A program made the translations under genes and the position numbers. DNA of 64,000 nucleotides from Azolla caroliniana (taxonomy: Eukaryota; Plantae; Polypodiophyta): positions 8,928,001-8,992,000 of the forward strand of contig JBHGNT010000008.1 in assembly GCA_043228905.1 (NCBI GenBank). Direction: 5' to 3'. Positions 14,101 to 24,588 of this stretch are shown one piece after another; the stretch's first letter is position 1, and each line of letters opens with the position of its first letter. The notes under the pieces were generated by a model, which did not search any database, had not been told where the DNA came from, and worked only from the letters and a program-made list of their open reading frames with translations.

Positions 14101-15439
14101 AGGGATTGATTATGATGAGACTTTTGCACCGGTTGCAAAGATGGCAACCTTGAGAACACTACTTGCTGTAGGAGCAGCCAGAAAATGGATTTTGCATCAC
14201 ATGGATGTAAAAAATGCTTTTTTACATGGTAACTTGGAAGAAGAAGTGTATATGAGTCAACCACCAGGTTTTGAAGATAAGAAACATCCTGATGATGTAT
14301 GTAAGCTGAAAAAAGCTCTCTATGGACTGAAACAGGCACCAAGAGCATGGCACAGAGAACTTTCAGATTCTCTGAAAAATCTTGGTTTCAAAATGTCAAA
14401 AGCGGATCCTTCTTTGTATGTAAAAAGTGAAAATGATTGCATTGTTATTATTCTGATTTATGTAGATGATTTGATTATTGGAGGAGATTCCGTGGATGAA
14501 ATAAGAAAGTTGAAAAAAAATCTGGAAATGCAGTTTCATATGAAAGATTTGGGAGATCTGAGATATTTTCTTGGTATTGAAATCATCAGATCTGAAAGTG
14601 GTATATGTATGTTGCAAAAACAGTATGCAACAACTATGTTGAAAAAGTATGGTATGCTTGGATGCAAACCTATTGCTGTACCACTTGATAAAAACTGCAA
14701 GTTGAGGGCTGATTTGGGAGCCAAGATAGAAGATGTAAACATGTACAGGTCTATGGTGGGCAGCCTTATTTATTTGACTATAACAAGACCTGATTTGAGC
14801 TATGCTGTTGGATTAGTCAGCCAGTTTATGCAACAGCCAACAAAGCCACATTTGGACTGCATCAGAAGGATTCTGAGGTATGTAAAAGCAACTCAGAACT
14901 TTGGACTATTTTACAGGGCTGATCTAGACATAAATCTGGAAGGATATACAGATGCTGATTGGGCTGGAAGCCAAACAGACAGGAGATCCACAAGTGGATA
15001 CATGTTTACCTTGGGAAGTGCAGGAATTTCATGGAGTAGCAAGAAACAGGCTACTGTTGCATTGTCCAGTACAGAAGCTGAGTATAGAGGGGCTGCAATA
15101 GCCACATGTGAAGAAGTATGGATCAGAAGACTGCTTGCTGATCTGGGAGTATATATAGATGGTGCTGTCACAATCTGGTGTGACAATATGAGCAGCATTC
15201 AGCTTGCAAAGAACCCAGTGTTCCATGCAAGAACAAAGCACATTGAGGTGCATTATCACTTTGTTAGAGAAAAAGTGATGGAAGGTGAAGTTGATCTGGT
15301 GTATGTGAATACAAATCAGCAGGTTGCTGATATCCTTACGAAGGGATTGAGTGTGGAAAAACATACACAGTTTCGGAACATGATGGGAGTTGTAAACATT
15401 GATGAGATGGCTAAAAAGCAAAATGGAAAAGAAGATTGA
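11114..15439 (+). CDS. Copia gag-pol polyprotein (gag, CCHC, PR, integrase, RT, RNaseH), 1441 aa, uninterrupted
   Basis: CWYCGKPGHTQAEC; WYVDSGASNHM; GAG-pre-integrase WHKRIGH..CETC; integrase HTDVWGP/RSDGGGEY/NGVAERKNR; [15 protein letters not shown]; RNaseH YTDADWAG/TKHIEVHYHF. Integrase precedes RT (copia order). Confidence 0.97.
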   Translation: MAAENVGQMVTEKLDKNNFPAWKFRMTNFLMGKGYWDYIEGDLEEAPEIPEENATAAHIKAFKDWNQGARKVMHWLSLSISDSMLGHIQDAMLPKEAWDNLVKLFAVNTKARKLQLKTELNTLEKGKMSINEYALKIKSICESLASINVKIEDDDKVEICLRGLGPQYKSFKTSMLTRDSIPSFSDLVSMLVVEERNQMDDANKGNSENEGQALYNNAGRGRGRGHGRFGSGRTNNNGFQGRGQQAHRGGNNNRGRGSNRGRGKQTYVNDDGCWYCGKPGHTQAECYKKQNDEKRGKGQQSNYASTSEDCEKEGVFVVQHEIAAVAESSQKCNEEFTWYVDSGASNHMTGHANWFESLREPEVPGYVQTGDDTTHQIKHVGDIPLWEERGKTKYMLNVMHVPNLAKNLISVGQIVEQGMQVKFKPSGCYIEKNGKLIAKGKRQGRMFILDVEMPKQISAMFANGTSVISDVEMWHKRIGHISMQTLKNMLRKDAVAGLPNLKKCEMGKVCETCQYGKQNRLPFPHERHVSKNLLDLVHTDVWGPTKNASIGGCRFYVTFIDDCSRKTWVYFMKEKSEVFDCFRKFKCMVEKQAGTRIKCLRSDGGGEYFSNEFSDFLCNQGIRRQFTCRYTPQQNGVAERKNRTLVNIARAMMIEKNMPLYYWAEAVNTANYILNRCITSGVHEATPEECFYGRKPSLQHLKVFGCLAYVHVPAEVRSKLDPKAEKCIFVGYSEEQKGYRCYNPMTKKIVTSRDVIFDELASWYSPKQNLETDEDCQNEDKDRSENVEDCHRDGDKVGQQSPTSTECSGPSKSSDGKSDSNSWSGKTGQKKSDDKKGKQKMPEYEIPDDLSKNMEDEDSDMSLDDFLGIQEMKIPGMEKAIKNANQKLRRSDREKKTVERFGYDTYMAMHYAYMSKVVQIPDPNSFEEAKSEKKWMDAMQEEIDALAENKTWDLVKLPKEKNVVGCKWVYKTKHDSNGNVSRHKARLVAKGYAQMQGIDYDETFAPVAKMATLRTLLAVGAARKWILHHMDVKNAFLHGNLEEEVYMSQPPGFEDKKHPDDVCKLKKALYGLKQAPRAWHRELSDSLKNLGFKMSKADPSLYVKSENDCIVIILIYVDDLIIGGDSVDEIRKLKKNLEMQFHMKDLGDLRYFLGIEIIRSESGICMLQKQYATTMLKKYGMLGCKPIAVPLDKNCKLRADLGAKIEDVNMYRSMVGSLIYLTITRPDLSYAVGLVSQFMQQPTKPHLDCIRRILRYVKATQNFGLFYRADLDINLEGYTDADWAGSQTDRRSTSGYMFTLGSAGISWSSKKQATVALSSTEAEYRGAAIATCEEVWIRRLLADLGVYIDGAVTIWCDNMSSIQLAKNPVFHARTKHIEVHYHFVREKVMEGEVDLVYVNTNQQVADILTKGLSVEKHTQFRNMMGVVNIDEMAKKQNGKED

Positions 15440-18434
15440 AGAGAACCTCAAGCAAGAATAAGTTGAGCTTGAGGGGGAGTGTTGAGAAGCAAGCTCAACA
15501 TGGTATGTGATGCTTATGAGAAATAAGCTATAGTAGCTATTTAGCTACTAGTGAACAAAAAGGTAAAACAGCTATTTAGCTATGGACAGCTAATTAGCGA
15601 CTGAACAACTATTTAGCTAGTGACAGCTAATTAGCTAGTGAACAACTATTTAGCGACTGACAGCTAATTAGCTACTGGCAGCTAATTAGCTGCATGTGTA
15701 ATAACTTATGACTTAGGTAAAAGTAAGTGAGAGTGAATAGGAAGTAAGTAGTAAGAAAAAACAGAGAATAGTGAGTAGAGAACTCTGAGAGAGAGTGAGA
15801 GACCAGAAGACTGACGAGAGCAAGTTGAGCTCTACATGTAATAGAAGAAAACCATTTTGCTACTACAGAGGTAAGTCCCCTTTCCTTTCTCTGTCTGTTT
15901 AGAGCACGCTAACGATCCAGTACACTACGATCTGCCGCGCATACAGAAGAAGAGCCCGAGTGCCTTCTTCACGTTTTCTTAACAAACCCCGCATCTGCAC
16001 CACTACCCACCCAACCCCAACAAAAAAGGGCAGTTTCTGAGACCTGCCAAGAATGGGAGGAGGAGATTGCCGCGGAGGACAACACGGCAGATGATGTCAC
16101 CATTCGATAGCCAATGTCACGCCCCTCGGTAACTTCCCCAGGGCCTAGCCCACACGCCAACACACAGCAGGCAGCACCACCACGACCCCAAAAAAGGAAG
16201 CAGGCGGAGGAAACGACACTACCGGCCCCGGAACCCCAAACCCAGCCGAGCAAGAGAAGACGACTCAACCGCGAGTCCTCGGCAGAACAAAAAGAGCCAG
16301 AACAGGAGCAAGCCTTAGTTGTCAGACAGAGCAACCTGGCCATCATCCTTGAGGAGGCATCGCTGAACCAGGGAAAGATCGAGCATGGGCAGACAACGCA
16401 GATCTCAGAGGATGAAGTCCTCGGGTATAAAGACCTCCTCGCGGAGGCTCCTACGCCTCGGTACGACATTCGAGCTGGTCGACTTCCTCGCTAGAGCCCA
16501 AGTCGCGGCAGCCGCTCAAATGGCGGAAGAGCACGCCGAAACAAAAATGATTCAACGCGCGCTATTAGGTGAAATTGAGCCCCAGGAGGACAGAGCTTTA
16601 CAAAAAATAGGGAGAAAGAAGCAGGCCAAACAGGCCGCTCTCCTCATGGAGGTCCCCGAGTTGAACACGGCCCTTATCGAGGCATATAGGGACCTGGATC
16701 GCAGTACGGAGGCAGCCAAAGACATGGCTCGAAAGATAAAAATAGCCCAAAAACAGGCTAAGATGGCTACGGAATTATGGCACGCTGTGAAACAGAAGCT
16801 GGTAGCCTGGGAGCAAAACCGGCCGGAACAACAACTCTTGAGCCTCCCGGGCATGACCACCGAGGCCCTCCCAGCCCTTCCACGCATAACAATGATGGAT
16901 GAAAGCACCGTCACAGATTCAATCCTGACGATTCAGGCCAGCACACAAACTGACTCGTTACAAATGGTCGATGCCTGCACAACAACCGCGGCGGCCACGC
17001 CCATGGAGAAGACTGAGATACCACCCCCCTCGTCCACCCAAGGAGGTGGCAACCTAGACAGAACCCCCGCTCCGGGATTACCGAGCGGAGCTTAAAGAAG
17101 AACAACGACGAACCGAGAGACACGAACAACGGCATCAAGAGGCGATGGCTCGCCTAAAAGAAGAAGCTTCCAAGCATATGGCCGAGATTAGAGCCCAGGC
17201 CGACCAAAGGATACACGAGCAGAACGAAGCACTGGGCCGGGTACAAGCGCAAGCCGCGGGCAAAGAAGCCGAACTCAAAAGCAAGCTGGAGGAATACGCA
17301 ACCATAGTGGCAAAGAAAGAGAAGGAGGTCCTAGACCTACAGGCCGCGCTCGACAATGTGAAAGACTGGAACCACCGGCAGGAGGAAAGAAATCGCCAAC
17401 GGGAGGAGAGAATGATTGTGGAGAATGCCGAGCTACAGAGTCAGCGTATGACCCTTAAAGAAATGGCGGACGAGTTTTTCATCAAATGCAAGCTACTTTT
17501 GGAGCAAAAAGATGAATTATCTGATTCCTACTTCGCCCTACAAGAAGAGAGAATCGTCGAACGGGAACAAGTCCGGGCCACGTGTCAAAAAGAATGGGAG
17601 AAAGCTACCGAAGAACTCACCAAGCATTATGAGCAGTCTATCCAGCTCGTAACCACGGATGCAAAGAACACTCAAGCCACCTATGAACTACTAGCAAAGA
17701 AGCTTCAGGCCGAGGTCGACGGCTTAAAACAGGAATTAGCAGCCATCCGAGCACAACCCGACATGGATGAGACACGCATCAGACTACTGATTGAGAAACA
17801 ACGCCAGCACCTCACCAAAAAGGTTGAGGAAACATTAAGTCACACAGGAGACGAATGGGCAGCCCAAGCTGCCGAATTGCATATTTTACACGCCGACGCC
17901 GAGAACCGACAGAAGGAAGGCCGCGGCGTTTACAAAATGGACGAAGCCAGCATACAAAACCTGCGTGCAGATTTAACCGAGGATTACTAGTCCTTGGCAA
18001 AATCTCACACTGCGGCAATCGAGCAAATATTGGAGGACTTCAATGACGGTCAGATGTTGTTTCGCCTGGAAGCAGAAGCCTTCGAACAAGAACGACTCGC
18101 AGCCATCCCAACCAGCCCTCCAACGGCCACAGAGCAGAAGGAAGAACCTTCCAGCGAGGGGATCACGGACACGGCACAGGAGGAAATTGCCCCGGCCAAC
18201 AGACCTCCCATGGACGCCCACACGGTACCAGATCCAGTCAAAGTAGAGGTCAGCGCCCTCAAACCCACACCCCCACCAGAAGAATTGGCTGCACCTGAAG
18301 CGGACGCCTGAGAAGATATGACACCCCCGGACCAAACTCAACCCCCCGCACTGACAGTCCAACCAGACCACCCTGCCACCACCCCGGACCCCGAAAACAT
18401 CCTCGACATCTTAAAAGAGGAATGAAACGAGGAT

Positions 18435-18522
18435 CACGCCTAAAAGGCCATTTTTGTAATATTGTTAGTATTTTTGTAAGTCGTGGGTCCGACGGACAAG
18501 GTCCTGTCCCACAGGCGTGCCA
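18435..18522 (+). ncRNA. tRNA-like structure at the expected PPT position of element B
   Basis: CACGCCT (18435-41) pairs with AGGCGTG (18513-19) and is followed by CCA. GTGGG/CCCAC T-stem with a TCCGA loop start. 41 nt lie between the acceptor 5' strand and the T-stem. Confidence 0.6.
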
Positions 18523-21328
18523 GGTGTTGTCTAGAGGACAGAAATGTAAAATTACGAAATTAGCAAACGCCGAGTCCGAGTATCACGGGCCATCGACGGC
18601 TCGGTTGTGTATTAGGGGAAACGTTATTTAAATGAGGACCAGTACCTCAGAGCGGGAGAGAAGAAAAATATAGGCGGAAGCACTAGCTTAGTCCCTCGTA
18701 ACTAGATAATCTTGTAAGGTCATCGGCCGTAGGCCGTGTTCTGTAATCTTTTTTCTGTCGTAGTAATATATCTGATTTGTGCCCATTTTGCTCCATGTGT
18801 CTGTGCTTGGATTCATACCTATGATTTCAGCGCCGTCCACGCCTATCAAGATCACGCTAGTGTTTTATCTTTGATCATTGTCTCTCTCACGACGCCTCTG
18901 TTACGAGCCTTCATGTACCACACCCTTGAATACCGATAGCCGCAGATCTATCGAAGGTGTTCACCCAAAGGAACGGGTAACATTCTTCGCCACCACTCGG
19001 AGCGGGATGTCGTTCCTCTTCTTCGGGAACTTCCATATGTACCCGTCCTGGAGAAAGAATCGGTATGCTTTCTTCCGAATCCGGTTGGCCTCATCCTTGA
19101 TCTGCGTCCGGTTTGCTGCGTGCCTCATCGGTATGCTGCGTCCGGTGTCATTGTTTTCAGGAACCCGCCGATCTGCAGCCACTCCCCGTTGTACTTGATC
19201 TCGTCGAAATCGTTAAGCGTTGAAGTGCATTCCCTGCAAGTTGTTACGTAAGCCGCCTCGAAAAAGTCCACGCCGACTTCCTCGTCCTCCAAAACCATGC
19301 CGCCCTTGTTTTCGAACCTCGCCCTTGAAAGCATGTCGGCCATGGCATTGTCTTTCCCGGAAATGTGTCGTATTTCCGGATTCAGGGACTTGATGTACGC
19401 TATCCACCTGAGCATTGCCAGGTCCGGCGTCGCGCATCCGGAAACCATGCCAAGAATTGACAGGCAGTCCGTCTCGATAATTACCTCTGTCCCGATCAAG
19501 TAGTCTTTATCGGCCTTTACCGCCGAAACGATACCCCAGAGCTCGCGTTTAACCTGGGCGTATCCTCGTTGTCGCTCGTTGAGGACCTTCGCGCCGAACC
19601 GGATCGGGAAACGCATGCCGTCCTCGTCCTCTTGGTTGACGACCCATCTGATCCTGGTCAGACTCGTGTCTACTGTTACGTAAATTGGAGTGTCCTTTTC
19701 GTAGATAGCCTTTCGTAGCATCAGAGCTGCGGCAAGTGCTTCCTTCATCTTTCGAATAGAATCCGTATGCTCGTCTCTCCACTCGAATTTTCACCCCTTT
19801 TTCAGCAACCCGTATAACGGCTCCGCGACGTGGGCGTAATGCGGGATCCATATGTGGTAGAACGTGCATGCTCCCAAGAACCTCCGAACCTCCGTGACCG
19901 AGCTACAATCGTGCTTCATCGCAGAGATGGCTTCTACCTTAGCCGGAGACGGATTCCGGCCGTACGACCCGCATAGGTGTCCGACGACCATGATCTCTGA
20001 TTGCCCGAAGGCCAATTTTTCCCCAGAGAAGGTGAGCCTCGCACCCTCTAACCTCTGCAGCACCTTCTCGCAGTCATCGATGTGCGTCGCCACGAATTTC
20101 CAGCACCCATCCGGTCCGATCGTCTCATCCTTTTCCTCCACCGGGCATCCCTTGATCGGGACGTTGTCCAAAAACGGCATGGTGATGTCCGGGATACAAT
20201 CCCTCAGCACCTTGTTCATTGCGTTCACCATGTGAGCCACCGAGTTCGTCCCTCCTTGCGGTAGGGTACACATCCGTACTAGGCCGAGAGGAGTTCGCAT
20301 TGTCGTGATGTCTCTGCTCTCTATGGCTACCTAGAACTGATCGTACCTCGAGTAGAGATCACCAACCGAGTAAATCGACCTTCCGGCGAAGGCCTCCGCG
20401 AACTCGTCTATTGTGGGTCTGATTCCTGCGTTTCGAATGGTCACCTTGTTGACCGGCTGCAGGTCTTGGATAAAGAGCAGCGTGCCGTTCTTCTTTGGCA
20501 CGGTAAACCACCGATTTGAGTATGGGTCACTCGACGGTTCGAGGATGCCCATCTTGACCTTCCGCTTTAACAGCTCCATCAGCTTCAGGATGTGAGATCT
20601 GGGTACTGGAATCGGTTTGAGACTCCACGGCACATGCGGTACCGTGAATATCACCATCGGTTCCACGATTGTTGGGTCTACGCACCCAATCTCCTCCGGT
20701 GAGAATGCGAAAGCCTTCCCGTGCCTTCCGAGCATTTCCCGAAACTGGTCCTCTTCCGCCAGCAGTAGGAAGCCGCCCCCACCGATTTTGAGCTCACGTA
20801 GCGTTATGTCGGTGAAAGTGTGTCCTATGTGGGCCGGATTTCGTAAACTCGGGTCTGACGCAACCCCCTTTATTCGCAACTCGCTGCCCTCCGGCAGGGG
20901 AGCCGCGACTGGCCTCACCTTCCGGTCCACAGTCTTGTACCTCGTGTCCACCCGGGCCGTCCGATCCGACTCGAGCCCTCTACTGAAGTTCGCGATGACT
21001 TCGTACATCCTTTCCGAACATACCGGAATCGTCCGGTCCTCTTTAAGGACTCGTCCGACTACCTCTCGCAGCTCCCCCAAGGTATCGTCGAAAGAGACCG
21101 CCTCCACGGTTCCGTTAATTTCCTCTCCAGGGTTGAGGATACCACATGCCCGAAGTCGCTCCTCCGCCCTTTTCTTCTTCCGGCCAACGACGTCGACTAT
21201 CGTACACCCTCCGTTGTCGGAGAACCAAAATTTCCTACTTATAGTACAGGTCTTCTTCCCTATCGTACACTTGTGGGGTTTCCCCGGAGTGTCCGGACTA
21301 TTGCGGCCCCACGCCTTGATAGCCCTCT

Positions 21329-23455
21329 CTAAAAATCCTCTCGACTTTCGCCCCCGAGGGTCTCGCGGTTCCGCTCATGGTTCGGTCTCACCGTCAGGAA
21401 CTAGACCGAGTGACGCCCATCCTGGCTCTTAACCCTTGCATAGGCCGAGCCGTTGTCCAGCACCTTGGTCTCCATCCGTGCTGCCGTGATGTACGGTTCT
21501 CCTAGTATAACCGGATGTGAGGACGTCTCCTGCACGAAGAAGTGCTGGTCAATCTCGACATCGCCGATCTTTACTCGTACATTCGGGTAGGCTCCATGCA
21601 GTTCTTCGGTGGCACGCGTCGCTGCCCGTATTTTCCACCCGTGCTTGGTGTTGATCAGCCATTTCCCTTTCTTGTAGAAGTCCATGGACATCAAATTGAT
21701 TTCTGAACCATGGTCCACCAACGCCACCACCGGTTAATGAACATCTCCGATCTTCACGGGGGTCTCCGTGGTCGCTCTGGCCCAGTGTAGCCTCGAATAA
21801 TGGCTCTCCGCCAACTCGTCTTCCAGCGCCATGTCCTCTATGTGCGTCGTCCACACCTCCTCCGGCTTCTCCGGTTCTATCTCCGTCGACAGCCTCTTTC
21901 TCTTCACCAAGTCTACGATGGAGTCGTGGAACTCCTTCTTGGCGATCCTGAGCACTTCCCTCAGCGACAGTTCCACCTTGCTGTCGAGGATTCATTCTTC
22001 TAGGACCTTTCGCAGGTCCGTGGATCTTTCGATTTCTGTGCCCAGCCGGTACCCGCCCTTCTTGGGATTATCTTGGGCACCGGTTACACCGGCCTCATTC
22101 CGCCTTTGCCCGAATCGAGTTTCATATCGTTGTGAGGGCCCGGCCCCTCCGGTTTTTCCTACCCGCTTGTCCTCCACCAGAGCCTCGTAGTTTTGACAAG
22201 CGGCTTCGACGAAGCCCATCTTTTCTTCCACCGGGTCACTCCACCCGGTTACCTCCTGGACCCAGTTTTCCGCGCGGTCCGCCTCTTCTTTCCTTAGTCA
22301 TGCGCCGGCGAGGCCTTCTAGCATCATCGGCCAAAACCTGGCTTTGTTTGTCTTCGGGGCCTCGCCACCTCCGACCCGAATACCAGCTGACGCCAAGTAG
22401 TGGACGGTCTCCGCGTGACGAGCCGCCGCCTCCTCCATCAGCCTTTTCATACCTCCTCGCCCGACGTTCAGGTCCAGGGCCCTTCGGGTCTCATTGGCGT
22501 GCACCCGACCATTCCACAGGTACACCACGTTGCTTCTCATCGCCTCGGCGAAGTCCCTGCAATCCTTCCGGATGTGGCCAACCGCGTCACACCACATGCA
22601 CCTAATTCCAGCCAGAGGTCGTCGGTCACGGGCCTGTTCGCCACCATCCCTGCGTGCCTGGGCGATCTGGAGATCCTTTACAATCCGCGTCAGTTCCTCC
22701 AGAGCTGCTCCCCCGGACGAGCCCTTGACCATGCCGGTTGAAACCAATCCGGTCTCGAGCCAATCTCGGGTCTCTTCCCTTCGCGTTGGTGGTGTTGGCT
22801 CGAGCTTCCTTGTTGCGACAGAGCCCGCCCCTATCGATCCTTTGTCAACCCATTCCTGCTGTTTGTCGAAACGGCCACAGACCCTCTTCACCACGGCCCA
22901 GTCGGCCGTCAGCCCGTCATCAGTCTCCAATAGGAGGCCTACTTGCTCCTGATCCCGCTCGTCAACTGACTTAACAAACAATAGGACATGACTTGTGTCC
23001 AGAATGGTCTGGTCAAGCACTGAGAGGCACGCGAAGCGTTCCTCAAACTCCCGGAGGAGCACCGACGCGTTCCTTCCTTTGTCGGGGGTCTCCACCCACT
23101 CCATGAAGTCCTACTTCGAAAGTCAAAGCGCATCTTCAAGCCTGTATTTTTCGAGGAGCCGACCTTCGAACTCCTCCCAGGTCCGGCTCTCGGCCCGTAC
23201 CTCGAGCACCTCTGTATGGATTCTCGGCATCGCCACTCGAGGGAATCCGGCTAGACGCCTCTCTTCCGAAATGTCCCTCATTACCATCTCAGCCCGGTAG
23301 GACGCCAAGTAGCTCGTGGCATCCTTCCCACTAAACCGGCCGATTGTACCGACAACCGCCTCGATAGCCCTATCAAGGGCGCCGGTGCCTTCGCGCAAAC
23401 TCACTATACGGTCCACAACAGAAGCCATGGCTTCTGCGAGGTCCGACCCCCTCAT
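21329..23455 (-). pseudogene. Element A ORF1 (gag + zinc knuckle + aspartic protease), single frame with premature stops
   Basis: ORF fragments starting 23455, 23104, 22231, 21976 and 21730 are all in one frame. CMWCDAVGHIRKDC knuckle; VALVDHGSEINLM protease; frame ends SREDF* at 21329. Confidence 0.85.
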
Positions 23456-23473
23456 CTTCTACTCTGCCGCCTT

Positions 23474-23491
23474 TTCACGTCGGGTTCACCA
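23474..23491 (-). promoter_or_regulatory. Primer-binding site of element A, complementary to tRNA-Trp
   Basis: Plus strand reads TTCACGTCGGGTTCACCA, the 3' end of plant cytosolic tRNA-Trp as recalled from memory; it lies 7 nt inside the 5' LTR. Confidence 0.8.
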
Positions 23492-24588
23492 AAAGAGATG
23501 TCGCGTTGTTACGCACGTGCGTGGAGAACAAGGCGGGACCACTGGGGTCTTGGACTGAGGAATAGGTGAGAAAAGGGAGAGAGAGAGAGACACGCTCACA
23601 CACGTATAAACAAAGAAGCGCACAGGAACGCGACCCAACAACACAGGAGACGCGAGTTGAGCAGGGGATAGAGTATAAGAACACTAGTGTATGTATATAA
23701 ATATATGTATGCAGACGACTCGAATGGTTACAGCCGATCAGGTCGGCGAGATGGATGTCGACGCTTGATCACCCACGCACACAGGGGAGCAAGATGGAGA
23801 TTCCACCGGAAGCACACGGGCGTTCCACGGAGCAGAATCAGCCTCTCGAGAGCCTGCGCAAAAGAAAGCTATGGAGAATGTTACGAGCATGACCATATAA
23901 TATCCCGTGGTAAGAATTTACCGTAGTATTCTATACACGTGGATAAGTGTGAGGGTTAAACGAGGGTGTAAAGAAGGGGAGGATTACTTTTAATCCTCGG
24001 GATTGAGACAACCCATTAGGTCAAGTGTGAACTTGCCTGGGGGCCTTGGGTATCGCTATAAATAAGAGGCCTAGCTACCCTCATTTGATCATCTTTTGAC
24101 TACATCGAGACTCTGCTCGTGTGGTGGGTCAACTCTTGTAGCGAGCGTGCCAGCACTAGGTACGACTCGACTCCACGGCGGTGGTATGGGACGCCGATCG
24201 AGGCTCGAGTCCGTCTCGATCCCTTCGCTCGGGGGTGGTCGGGTGGATCGGCACCCTTCTTTCTCTTTCTCCTTTCTATCTATCTTTTCATTATCCTTAT
24301 CTTAAGCTTACGTTAGTACCAAGATCTATAATATTTGGTATCAGATTTTTGTACTAATGTTTCTTTGTTTTTCATTTGTCTTTTGATTGATGCTGATCGA
24401 TCGTTGTGCGGTTGGCCTTGATCCAGACAACGATCAACAAAGAACTTCGGTAACTCTTTCCATTTTATTTTTTCTATTCTCTTTTCTCCCATCTAATCAT
24501 GTGTTTAGTTTATATGTCATTTTTTTCATTAAGTCAATGTTGTTGTATTGGTCTTTAATTGATTATCTAAAACGTTTACATATGTGCA

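Larger units (their letters stand above)
10465..15984 (+). mobile_element. Intact young Ty1/copia element C (LTRs 10465-10969 and 15480-15984; TSD AACCC)
   Basis: 505-bp LTRs with 4 differences seen. AACCC at 10460-64 and 15985-89. iMet PBS at 10970-10981; PPT GAGGGGGAG at 15471-79. Confidence 0.97.
9821..18425 (+). pseudogene. Element B extra ORF (~1000 aa when copia C is removed): N-terminal globular domain, disordered NLS region, long coiled coil
   Basis: ATG at 9821. Frame continues across the C insertion (TADQNP|ASAPLPTQ). Fragments 16114-16494, 16385-17095, 17145-17990 and 17994-18311 join via TAG/TGA stops and two frameshifts, ending at TGA 18425. Confidence 0.7.
3416..18982 (+). mobile_element. 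Ty3/gypsy non-chromovirus element B (LTRs 3416-3872 and 18525-18982; TSD TTCTT) with a 3' extra ORF
   Basis: 457/458-bp LTRs (TGTT..AACA), ~96% identical. TTCTT at 3411-3415 and 18983-18987. gag-pol on the plus strand; no chromodomain. Confidence 0.93.
2384..21338 (-). pseudogene. Element A ORF2 (RT-RNaseH-integrase), interrupted by element B
   Basis: ORFs 21107-20331, 20300-19791 and 19748-19125 share a frame. The integrase HHCC/core (3394-2384) continues after removing B (3416-18987). Confidence 0.85.

Noticed and set aside
18435-18522. Bona fide tRNA gene
   Set aside because: No convincing D-arm or A box, enlarged T-loop, no separate discriminator base and internal T-runs; reported only as a tRNA-like structure.
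20617-21432. 271-aa plus-strand ORF and the many other short antisense ORFs in the track
   Set aside because: Shadows of GC-rich retrotransposon coding sequence with no recognisable motifs.
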